Assembly (NCBI GenBank): GCA_049976305.1
Contig: JBMFIM010000015.1
Span: 1-19,056 of the forward strand
Source: Candidatus Micrarchaeia archaeon
Lineage (GTDB): Archaea; Micrarchaeota; Micrarchaeia; Micrarchaeales; CABMGC01
DNA: 19,056 bases
Reading direction: 5' to 3'
Within the stretch, counting starts at the first letter, position 1; each line of letters opens with the position of its first letter. The notes under the pieces were generated by a model. It saw only the letters and a program-made list of their open reading frames with translations, had not been told where the DNA came from and did no database searches. Position numbers and translations under genes: made by a program. Positions 7,308 through 15,492 of this stretch are shown one piece after another.

Positions 7308-8606
7308 ATGCAAATAAGCGTAAGAAATGCAACAGCAGTGGGCCTTGGGGCCATAATAGGAGCTGGCATATTCGTGCTTAGCGGCACAGCTGTCGCGCTC
7401 GCTGGCCCTTACTCATTGCTGGCATTCATTCTTGTCGGCATTGTAGCATTAATCCTGGCAATGATAATGAGCGAACTTGGGTCTATAATGCCCAACGCGA
7501 AAGGGGCTTCATACTCCTTCGCATACAACGCCTTCGGAAGCGAGATAGGGTTCATAACGGGCGTAGCCCTGTATATGAGCTTTGCAACTGCAATAGGCGC
7601 TATTGCACTAGGCTTTGGCTCATATCTTGCAAGCCTCGCGGGGCTTAGCTATGCAAGGGCTTTTGCAATACTTCTCATACTTGCGCTTGCAGTTGTCAAC
7701 ATACTTGGAATAAGCAAAGCAGCCAAGACAGACTTCGTGCTTGTAGCAATAAAGCTAAGCATCCTTGCGCTGTTTGCTGCTTTTGCAATGTTCTTCGCTA
7801 GCAGGTCTGGATTCTCCGCAACGGCCTCTAACTTCTCAGCAAAAGGCTTCGAGCTTGGCTCAATATTCGCTGCGAGCGTCGCTGTGTTCTTTGCCTACTC
7901 TGGCTTTCAAACAATATCTACTTTCACAAGCAAGATAAAAGGAGGCAGCGAAGGGGCAAAGAAGGCGATAGTAGGCTCTGTTGCAATCAGCCTGGTAGTT
8001 TATGTTCTTATCGACATCTCCTTGCTAATGCTTGCTCCAGCAAGCTCGTATAGAATAACTGCAGACCCTCTTTCTTTCGCATTACATTCCGCAAAGGCTC
8101 CGCAGTGGATTGTTGTGCTTGTGGATGTTGGCGCACTTATTGCCACTACCTCTGCCACGCTGGCAATGATTCTAAGCTCTGCAAGAATCTCTTACCAGCT
8201 TAGCGAAGACGGCCTTTTGCCGAGATTCTTCAGAAAGTATGACAAAGAAAAGGACGTACCTGTAAACGGCGTATGGGCTGCATCACTCATTGGAATTGCT
8301 GTATTGTTTGCTGGCAACATTTATGTAATAGCCTCAATAAGCAACTTCGGGCTTCTGATTTCTTACCTTATTACTGCTCTTGCGCAGATTCATTTCAGAA
8401 GGCAGAATAGGAAGATAAACATAAGGACGCCATTCTACCCATATTCCACTGTTTTGGTCATAGTCCTGCTTCTTGCATTTCTTTTTGGCATGCCAAGAGA
8501 GTCACTTCTAGTAGGCAATATAGTTGTTCTATTCCTTCTCATTATTTATTATTTCTTCAGGGAGCTTAAGAATAAGAAGCCTGTAAAGATAAGAATATTT
8601 GATTAG
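7308..8606 (+). CDS. APC-superfamily amino acid permease
   Basis: TM1 GAIIGAGIF, ELGSIMP.AKG.SY, TM6 FFAYSGFQ, SSARISY.LSEDGLLP, about 12 hydrophobic segments. Start at ATG 7308 or 7293. Confidence 0.92.
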   Translation: MQISVRNATAVGLGAIIGAGIFVLSGTAVALAGPYSLLAFILVGIVALILAMIMSELGSIMPNAKGASYSFAYNAFGSEIGFITGVALYMSFATAIGAIALGFGSYLASLAGLSYARAFAILLILALAVVNILGISKAAKTDFVLVAIKLSILALFAAFAMFFASRSGFSATASNFSAKGFELGSIFAASVAVFFAYSGFQTISTFTSKIKGGSEGAKKAIVGSVAISLVVYVLIDISLLMLAPASSYRITADPLSFALHSAKAPQWIVVLVDVGALIATTSATLAMILSSARISYQLSEDGLLPRFFRKYDKEKDVPVNGVWAASLIGIAVLFAGNIYVIASISNFGLLISYLITALAQIHFRRQNRKINIRTPFYPYSTVLVIVLLLAFLFGMPRESLLVGNIVVLFLLIIYYFFRELKNKKPVKIRIFD

Positions 8607-8613
8607 GGATTTA

Positions 8614-9786
8614 ATGCTCATAGGGATTATTGGCGCGCCTAACAAGGGCAAAAGCACAATATTCTCAGCGATGACCCTTGTGAACGCAAAGATAGAAGAT
8701 AGGCCCTTCACAACCATAAGCCCGAACTATGGCGTTGCTTATGTAACCACAAAGTGCGTAGATTCCGAGCTTGGGGTAAAGTGCAATCCTAGAAATTCGA
8801 TATGCAACAACGGCACGCGCGAAATACCTGTTAACGTAATAGACGTTGCCGGGCTAGTTCCTGGAGCGCACCTTGGAAAAGGAATGGGCAACCAATTTCT
8901 TAACGACCTCATTCAAGCAGACGCACTTATACAGGTTGTTGACCTGAGCGGAAAGACCGATGAGTATGGCAATCCCTGCGATGGCTGCGACCCTGCAAAA
9001 GAAGTTAGCATGGTAAGGGATGAGCTTGCAAGGTGGCTTGCTGGCATACTGGCAAAGCACATGAGAGGCATTGCAAGAAGGCAAGACGGCGACATAGCAA
9101 TAAAAGAGGTGCTTTCAGGCTTCAACGTTAGCCTTGAACAAATAAGAAAGGCGGCTGAGGCCAACTTCCTGTCGCTTAACGGAATAGAATGGAACGAGGA
9201 AGATATGTACAAATTTTCAGATACGCTAATGAGGATAAGCAAGCCAACAGTAATAGCTGCAAACAAGCTAGACATGAGCTCAATAGAAGCTCTAGAAAAC
9301 CTGCGCAAAAGGCTTGAAGGCTACGAAGTAATAGGCTGCTCAGGAGCCATAGAGCTTGCACTGAGAAATGCGGCGAAGAACGGCTACATAGCATATACCC
9401 CAGGAAGCGGAAGCTTTGAAATAAAGGGAAAGTTAAGCGAAGAGCAAGAAAAGGCCCTGGAGCTCATGCAAAAATACTTGGCAAAATACCATAGCACTGG
9501 GGTGCAGGAGCTCATAAACAAGACTGTGTTTGAAGTCCTTGGCTACATTGTAGTTTATCCTGTTGAGGATGAGAGCAAGTACACAGACCACAACGGCAAC
9601 GTGCTGCCAGATGCGCTGCTTGTCAAGAAGGGCTCCACAGCCAAGGACCTCGCTGAAAAGATACACAGCGAGCTGGCTGCAAACATGCTCTATGCCATAA
9701 ACGCAAAAACAAAGGCGAGGATAGGAAAGGATTACGTGCTGAGCAACAACGATGTAATAAAGATAGTGAGCGCGGCTAAGAGGTAG
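8614..9786 (+). CDS. ychF: Obg-family NTPase YchF, archaeal type, with C-terminal TGS domain
   Basis: G1 GAPNKGKST, G2 PFTT..PN, G3 DVAGLVPGAH.GKG.GNQFL, G4 NKLD, VYPVEDE...D..GNVLPDA, TGS GSTA.DLA..IHS. ATG 8614 preferred over the ORF-track start. Confidence 0.92.
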   Translation: MLIGIIGAPNKGKSTIFSAMTLVNAKIEDRPFTTISPNYGVAYVTTKCVDSELGVKCNPRNSICNNGTREIPVNVIDVAGLVPGAHLGKGMGNQFLNDLIQADALIQVVDLSGKTDEYGNPCDGCDPAKEVSMVRDELARWLAGILAKHMRGIARRQDGDIAIKEVLSGFNVSLEQIRKAAEANFLSLNGIEWNEEDMYKFSDTLMRISKPTVIAANKLDMSSIEALENLRKRLEGYEVIGCSGAIELALRNAAKNGYIAYTPGSGSFEIKGKLSEEQEKALELMQKYLAKYHSTGVQELINKTVFEVLGYIVVYPVEDESKYTDHNGNVLPDALLVKKGSTAKDLAEKIHSELAANMLYAINAKTKARIGKDYVLSNNDVIKIVSAAKR

Positions 9787-10897
9787 AGTATGTACAAGGG
9801 CTTACGCTCAGCGCTACAGGGTATTGCATGCTAGACCAGCTTCCTATTCCTTTGCTTGATATGTTGGCTACATATGCGAGAGTCCTTGTAAAGCAGTATA
9901 GCTGGGAATTGTACACTATGCAAGCAAAAACGGCGTTGCCTGTAGGCACCGGGCTTGAACTTTTCCATACTCCTCGCTCAGCATTTGTCAGGGTTGCAAA
10001 ATACGCGCTGGAATTGCTTGCGCAGTAAACATAGCCGTTTGAAACAGGGCAGTTAAATAGTGTCATGTTGCTTGGATATGTTATGAATTGAGAGTAGTAG
10101 ACAGTAAGGATAAGCTCGAGCAGAAGGTTTGTCTGGTTTAGCGAGCAGTAAATGCTTGTTGAGTTGGAAGCAAGCGTTATTGTCTCGTTGCTTTGCGAGC
10201 CTGCAAAGGCCACGCTCAAGCTAAGGTTTTGAGAACCTTTCTGCTGCGACAGATTGACAAAATAAGCATAAGGCGAGTAGGCAATGCTCGATACATTGGC
10301 GCCGTTTATTATTACCTTCTCTACTGAGAAGTTGTGGCCCAGCACGTCAAGATTGACGTTGACATAGGTATTGGGCTTGGCGTATACCGGCGTGCTGAGC
10401 GTTATGCCGTATTTAGGCTTCGAAAAAGGCGTTACATAGGTATTTATGCTCCCAGCATAGCTTTCGCTTATGCTGCCTGCACAGTTGTCAAGAGGGCAGT
10501 ACTGTGCAGTAGCAATAATCTTAGCAGACACCGAGGACCCTACACTGAGCCTGCCTGCAAGCACACCGAAACACATGAAAGGCGCGCCAGGCGCTATGAC
10601 CTTTGGCGAGCATGAAATTCTCGACGGCGAGCTACCCGCATATACCTGCATGCTCAGCGACTTCATTTCGTAAGGATTAGCGTTGCTGCCGAGAAGAGCG
10701 ATGACTGAAGATGTCGCATTTGATGCAACAACGAAACCGTGGCAGGTAACGCCTCCAGCAAAAGAGCAAGACTGCGGAGCAAGATGTGACATAGAGGCTG
10801 CTGAAGCGAAAAAGAGGTAATAGACGGCTAGCACTATTCCTATTGCAAATACGAATACCATAAGGTATTCAAGGCTTGCCTGTGCCCTGAAGCCCAC
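9776..10897 (-). CDS. Class III signal peptide (type IV pilin-like) protein with C-terminal Kelch-like repeats
   Basis: N-terminus G-F-R-A/Q-A-S-L-E-Y-L plus hydrophobic helix matches the [KR][GA]/Q-x-[SA]-x-E prepilin peptidase motif, followed by PQSCSFAGGVTC. Three tandem GTGs (10903/10900/10897) follow AGGTG; 10897 gives the best SD spacing. Confidence 0.8.
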   Translation of the reverse strand: MGFRAQASLEYLMVFVFAIGIVLAVYYLFFASAASMSHLAPQSCSFAGGVTCHGFVVASNATSSVIALLGSNANPYEMKSLSMQVYAGSSPSRISCSPKVIAPGAPFMCFGVLAGRLSVGSSVSAKIIATAQYCPLDNCAGSISESYAGSINTYVTPFSKPKYGITLSTPVYAKPNTYVNVNLDVLGHNFSVEKVIINGANVSSIAYSPYAYFVNLSQQKGSQNLSLSVAFAGSQSNETITLASNSTSIYCSLNQTNLLLELILTVYYSQFITYPSNMTLFNCPVSNGYVYCASNSSAYFATLTNAERGVWKSSSPVPTGNAVFACIVYNSQLYCFTRTLAYVANISSKGIGSWSSMQYPVALSVSPCTYSTS

Positions 10898-10945
10898 CAC
10901 CACCCACCTAATTTTACTTTTGCATTTCCCTGTTTTTAAGCATAT

Positions 10946-11638
10946 CTATTTTCTAAAAATGTTTTTGAGTATGGTCTTCAGTATCACATAGCCGTCTCTG
11001 AATGTCTTCAAGTTTCCAATTCCATGTGCGCGCTTTTTCTCGAAGCTTGGAACCTCTATTGCCTTTAAACGCTTTTTTGCTATTTCTATGTTCATCTCTG
11101 TCTCTATACCGAAACCCTTTTCTTTCAGGCTAAGCTTGTTGAAAGCTTTCTTGGCGAAGCTGCGGTAGCCGTAGCACATGTCGGTATAGTGGGCATTGAA
11201 AAACAGATTGACAAGCATAACGAAGAATTTGTTGCCCAATTTTCTTATTAGCGGCATGTCCTCTGAGCCACCGCCTGTTATGAACCTTGAGCCGAGGCAG
11301 ACGTCGTAGCCTATGTCTATCGCGTCAACAAGCAGCTTTAGCTCAGAAGGCCTGTTTGAAAGATCAGCATCCATAGATATTAGAATATCGCCTTTCGCAA
11401 GCTTCATTCCTTTTACTAGCGCCGAGCCTTTGCCGTAGGCATCGTATATTACCTTAGCCCCTAGCCTTTTCGCTATTTCTACAGTCTTGTCTTTAGAGTA
11501 TTTGTCAACCACTATGATCTCATATGGATACCCCATTTTGTCAAGCTCAGCCTTTGCCCCTTCTATTACCTTGCCTATATTTTTTTCTTCGTTCCACGTA
11601 GGTATGATTAGAGAGATAAAATGCTTAGCCGAGAGCAT
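10946..11638 (-). CDS. GT2 family glycosyltransferase (DPM1-like, polyprenol-phosphate sugar synthase-like)
   Basis: IIPTWNEE, EIIVVD..S.D.T, GKG.A, MDADLS, GSRF, D...GYR, FGIETEM, RDG. Confidence 0.9.
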   Translation of the reverse strand: MLSAKHFISLIIPTWNEEKNIGKVIEGAKAELDKMGYPYEIIVVDKYSKDKTVEIAKRLGAKVIYDAYGKGSALVKGMKLAKGDILISMDADLSNRPSELKLLVDAIDIGYDVCLGSRFITGGGSEDMPLIRKLGNKFFVMLVNLFFNAHYTDMCYGYRSFAKKAFNKLSLKEKGFGIETEMNIEIAKKRLKAIEVPSFEKKRAHGIGNLKTFRDGYVILKTILKNIFRK

Positions 11639-11682
11639 TCAAGCACTATTCAAATATTGAAAAGTAGTCTTATAATCCTGTG

Positions 11683-12621
11683 CTACGGTATATTTGGAAT
11701 CGCTTCTTTGGGCAATGAGGAGTAATAAGCATAGGCTGCCTGTATTCCTTCTTCAAGCTTTGTTTTTGGCACAAATCCCAGTTCACCTTTCATTTTTTCG
11801 GTATCTGCCTCAACCACATCGACATAGTTCTTTAATGGGTTGGGCACGTAGCTCACCTTAGGCTTTTTGCCTACTACTTCCTCTGTCTTTTCAATCATTT
11901 CGTTAAAAGACAATGATGTGCCTGTTCCAACATTATATACTCCTTCTACGCTCTTTTCGTAAGCCTGCAAGTTTGCATCTACAACATCCTCTACAAATAC
12001 GAAGTCACGCCTTTGCGAGCCATCGCCATAAATAGTAAGCTCATGGCCGAGCAAAGCTTTCCAAAGAGCCTGTGATATCATGTTTGCGAAGCCTTTCTTG
12101 TGTTCTTCCCTGTAGCCATACACGCTGAAATACCTAAGGGCAACGTAAGACAAACCGGACATGTCGTGGTAAAGCTGAGCGAGCCTCTCCATTGAGTACC
12201 TCGCTTCTGTATAATAGTCCTTAACCAAAGGTGGCATGTCTTCCTTGTGCGGCGGCTGATGCCCATTGTAAATAGAGGAGGAAGACGCGAACACGAGCTT
12301 GGCATTTGACTTTGTGCAATACTCTAGCACCTCTATGAAGTCATCTATTGCTTCTGCCACCTTCTTCCTATCATTCCTATAAATGGGCGTGGAAGAAGGT
12401 ATGCCCTCATGAAAGACCACATCTACAGGTGGCAGCTTGCTTATTAGCCCGGATCTACCCTGTATGAAATTCACCTTTCCTGCTATGTCTTTTATGCTGT
12501 TTAAACTGCCAGTAGAGAGGTCATCTATTATAGTAACCTCTGCCCCTTGCTCCACAAGCCTCCTTGCTATGTGCGAGCCTATAAACCCAGCTCCTCCGGT
12601 CACAATTGCTTTTAACGCCAT
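11683..12621 (-). CDS. NAD-dependent nucleotide-sugar epimerase/dehydratase (extended SDR)
   Basis: VTGGAGFIGSH, DDLSTG, FASSSSIY, LRYFSVYG, IYGDGSQRRDFVFVEDVV, YNVGTG. Start at ATG 12621 from TATA spacing; the ORF track uses TTG 12642. Confidence 0.92.
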   Translation of the reverse strand: MALKAIVTGGAGFIGSHIARRLVEQGAEVTIIDDLSTGSLNSIKDIAGKVNFIQGRSGLISKLPPVDVVFHEGIPSSTPIYRNDRKKVAEAIDDFIEVLEYCTKSNAKLVFASSSSIYNGHQPPHKEDMPPLVKDYYTEARYSMERLAQLYHDMSGLSYVALRYFSVYGYREEHKKGFANMISQALWKALLGHELTIYGDGSQRRDFVFVEDVVDANLQAYEKSVEGVYNVGTGTSLSFNEMIEKTEEVVGKKPKVSYVPNPLKNYVDVVEADTEKMKGELGFVPKTKLEEGIQAAYAYYSSLPKEAIPNIP

Positions 12622-12644
12622 GCTAAAATTTCGATGGGCCAATA

Positions 12645-12738
12645 TTTTTAAAGGTTAAGTCGCTTACCGTTTATAAAAATGCATACGCCTCAGCTATCTT
12701 TGGCCCGATTTGATTTGCTTAGGGAAAAGAGATAAATA
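12645..12738. promoter_or_regulatory. Divergent promoter region between the epimerase-GT2 genes and the S66-carbamoyltransferase-GT-C operon
   Basis: TTTAAAAA (minus, 12652-12645) is 23 nt before ATG 12621. A purine run GGGAAAAGAG followed by ATAAATA (plus, 12732-12738) is 23 nt before ATG 12762. An additional TTTATAAAAA lies at 12670-12679. Confidence 0.55.
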
Positions 12739-12761
12739 CCTTAAAATCGACAACTAACAGC

Positions 12762-13769
12762 ATGTATGAACTTGCAAAACCTGCAGCACTTAAGCCGGGC
12801 TCTACCATCAAGTTTATTGCGCCATCTTCCCTTCTCAGAGATGTCGAGATAAGCGCAGGAATAAGGTTTTTGCAAAAGCAGGGCTTTAAGGTGGTGTTTT
12901 CACCGAGCATAACACACGCATCGCCGACAAGGTTCTTCACAACTGGAGACTACCTTAGAAAACAAGAGCTTGAAAACGCATTCAAAAGTGATGAGGTCGA
13001 CGCAATAATAGCCCTGCGTGGCGGAGCTGGCGCCATAGACTTGCTAAGCATAATAGATTATGATGTGATTAAGGACCATCCGAAGATATTCGTAGGCTAT
13101 AGCGACCTTACTTTGTTGCAATTAGCCTTTTTGAAAAAGGCGCACTTAGTCAGTTTCCAAGGCCCAATGTTCATAGACCTGCTTGAAAAAGATACTAGCA
13201 TATTGACATACAATTGGGATACTTTACTGAAGGTAGTAAAAGACGGTGAGATGCTTGAACTCAAAAACCCTGCTGAGACAAAATGGGCAAAGACAGTCAT
13301 AGAGGGCAAAGCAAAAGGCACAATAATCGGTGGCAACATGAGCATGGTCTCTTTGATAGCAAACACCGAATTCATGCCCAGCACACAAAATGCGCTTATC
13401 TTCTTGGAAGATTCAGACGTTCCTTCCTGGATGGTTGATAATATACTAACTTCATTGGTAATAAGGGGCGTATTCAACGATGCCTCTGGCGTGTTCTTTG
13501 GAGAATTTCCACACGAAGCCATAGACAGAATGATGAGCGCATTCAATCCTACATCATACCTGCTTGAGGATCTTTCAGTAGATGCATTTGTCACTTCGTC
13601 TATAAGCGATGTTATTATAGACATACTTACAAAGAAAATAAAGAAGCCTTCGTTCATAGACTTCTCATGCTGCCACGGAAGATACATTACAACAGTCCCT
13701 ATAGGCATACAGGCGGAGCTCGATGCTGAAAACTGCACTGTTAAAATGCTTGAAAGAGCAGTAGACTGA
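12762..13769 (+). CDS. Peptidase S66 family (LD-carboxypeptidase/MccF-like) protein
   Basis: KP.ALKPG..I..IAPSS, RGGAGA, nucleophile motif GYSDLT, G...GGN, LED, CHG. Positions of the Ser-Glu-His triad appear present. Confidence 0.88.
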   Translation: MYELAKPAALKPGSTIKFIAPSSLLRDVEISAGIRFLQKQGFKVVFSPSITHASPTRFFTTGDYLRKQELENAFKSDEVDAIIALRGGAGAIDLLSIIDYDVIKDHPKIFVGYSDLTLLQLAFLKKAHLVSFQGPMFIDLLEKDTSILTYNWDTLLKVVKDGEMLELKNPAETKWAKTVIEGKAKGTIIGGNMSMVSLIANTEFMPSTQNALIFLEDSDVPSWMVDNILTSLVIRGVFNDASGVFFGEFPHEAIDRMMSAFNPTSYLLEDLSVDAFVTSSISDVIIDILTKKIKKPSFIDFSCCHGRYITTVPIGIQAELDAENCTVKMLERAVD

Positions 13770-13773
13770 TTGC

Positions 13774-15492
13774 ATGTACATCCTCGGTATTTGGGACGGA
13801 CACGATTCAGGAGCGGCGCTCCTGGAAGATAACAAAATAGTATTTGCATCTAATGAAGAGCGGTATACAAAAAGAAAGCTTGAAGTTGGATTTCCAACCA
13901 ACTCCATAAATGCGGCATTGAAATATGCAGGCATAAAGCCCCAGGACATAGATGTTGTTGCATTTCCGACTGTAGAGTTTGCAAAGACCTTATCTAGGGT
14001 TTTTCCATACCAGATGGAGAGATATTACAAGCTAAGAAGAAGAAAACTCTCGCAAAAAGGAATAGAGGGCATAATGTACAAAACCAGAGGACTCCAGTAT
14101 AGGTTAAAATACCTGGAAAATACAATAGGCGTATTGCCCCTTTGCGCAACAATAAGCAAAGCAGTAGTGGCAAAGCACTTGAAAAACATGGGCTTTAAAG
14201 AATTCAAGCTTTATACTGTAGACCACCACACGGCTCACGCAGCAACTGCTGCCTTTGCATCAGGCTTCAAAGAGGCATTAATTCTCACACTAGACGGCTA
14301 TGGCGACGGGCTCAGCGGCAGCATAAGCACATTCGAAAACGGAAAGCTTGAAAGAAGGCATGCAATACCTGCTAGGGACTCTATAGGCATACTCTATGAG
14401 CAGGTAACCAACCTTGTAGGCATGCGAGAGCTAGAGGATGAAGGCAAAGTAATGGCAATGGCTGACTACTCTTATCCTTTCAAATTTGAGGAAAACAAAC
14501 TAAAGGATTTCATAAGGGTAGATGGCTTAACGCTCAAGGCAAAGTATGGCCCTCTCAAGCAGTATGGAATTTTGGAAGGCATAGCCTGGTCAACGCCAAG
14601 GGAGCAGCTTGCCTATTTTGCGCAGCAACTAACGGAGCACATTCTTACGCAACTAGCAAAGAATGCGTTAGAGCATTATAGCATGAGCAATCTCGCTATG
14701 GCAGGTGGCATATTCTCCAATGTCAAAGCGAACATGAAGATAAGGGAGCTAGAACAGGTAAAGAATTGGTTTGTTTTCCCGCATATGGGCGACGGCGGCA
14801 TAGCAATGGGCTCTGCGATGTATGTAAACTACTTGCTGAACGGAATAAGCAGCTACTCTTTCCCCGATGCCTACCTTGGAGACGTATTCACGAAAGAAGA
14901 AGTGGAAGAGGTGCTCAAGAAGGAGAAGGGGGTTTACTTTGAATACGACCATGATGCCGCTAAGCATGCCGCAGAATTGATAAACAAGGACGAGTACGTA
15001 TTCTGGTTCCAAGGGCGGATGGAATATGGGCCGAGAGCGCTTGGCAACAGGAGCATACTTGCAAAAGCAGGCTCAGAAACAGCAAAGGACAAGCTAAACC
15101 TGTACGTCAAACAAAGAGAATGGTACCAGCCGTTTGCTCCTTCAATGCTAAAGGAAGAAGCAGAAAGGCTTCTGGAAGATGTAAAAGGCTATGACAGGTT
15201 CATGACAATGGCGTATAAGGTAAAGAAAGAAGCTGTTGAGAAGATGAAATCAGTCGTGCATGTAGACAACACGGCCAGGCCGCAGATGGTGGGGGAAGAG
15301 AACAAGGAATACAGAAAGCTTATAGAGCACGTAAAGAAGCTTGAAGGCTATGGCGTCATACTCAACACAAGTTTCAACATACATGGCATGCCAATTGTAA
15401 GAACGCCTGAAGACGCCCTTGAAACGATGAAAAAGACAAAAACCAAGTACATGTTTATTGAAGGCTTTTATGTGGAAAACAAGGAGGTTTAG
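13774..15492 (+). CDS. Carbamoyltransferase, CmcH/NodU/TobZ family
   Basis: HDSGAAL, EERY.KRK, HHTAHA and DGYGD (Kae1-like metal site), EGKVM, AGG..SNVKAN, GDGG, GRMEYGPRALGNRSIL, K.REWYQPFAP, HVDNTARPQ, LNTSFN.HG.PIV. Confidence 0.95.
   Translation: MYILGIWDGHDSGAALLEDNKIVFASNEERYTKRKLEVGFPTNSINAALKYAGIKPQDIDVVAFPTVEFAKTLSRVFPYQMERYYKLRRRKLSQKGIEGIMYKTRGLQYRLKYLENTIGVLPLCATISKAVVAKHLKNMGFKEFKLYTVDHHTAHAATAAFASGFKEALILTLDGYGDGLSGSISTFENGKLERRHAIPARDSIGILYEQVTNLVGMRELEDEGKVMAMADYSYPFKFEENKLKDFIRVDGLTLKAKYGPLKQYGILEGIAWSTPREQLAYFAQQLTEHILTQLAKNALEHYSMSNLAMAGGIFSNVKANMKIRELEQVKNWFVFPHMGDGGIAMGSAMYVNYLLNGISSYSFPDAYLGDVFTKEEVEEVLKKEKGVYFEYDHDAAKHAAELINKDEYVFWFQGRMEYGPRALGNRSILAKAGSETAKDKLNLYVKQREWYQPFAPSMLKEEAERLLEDVKGYDRFMTMAYKVKKEAVEKMKSVVHVDNTARPQMVGEENKEYRKLIEHVKKLEGYGVILNTSFNIHGMPIVRTPEDALETMKKTKTKYMFIEGFYVENKEV

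Noticed and set aside
7133..7387. 84-aa minus-strand ORF
   Set aside because: It runs through the tRNA-Leu gene and the permease start, so it is spurious.
10895..10908. Short (CAC)n run as a phase-variable repeat
   Set aside because: It has only about four imperfect units and is explained by an SD motif followed by GTG codons.
11649..11661. TTCAA-ATA-TTGAA inverted repeat upstream of GT2
   Set aside because: 5-bp arms in AT-rich DNA are expected by chance.
13097..13849. 250-aa antisense ORF
   Set aside because: It lies opposite the well-supported S66 and carbamoyltransferase genes and has no recognisable motif, so it is a shadow ORF.
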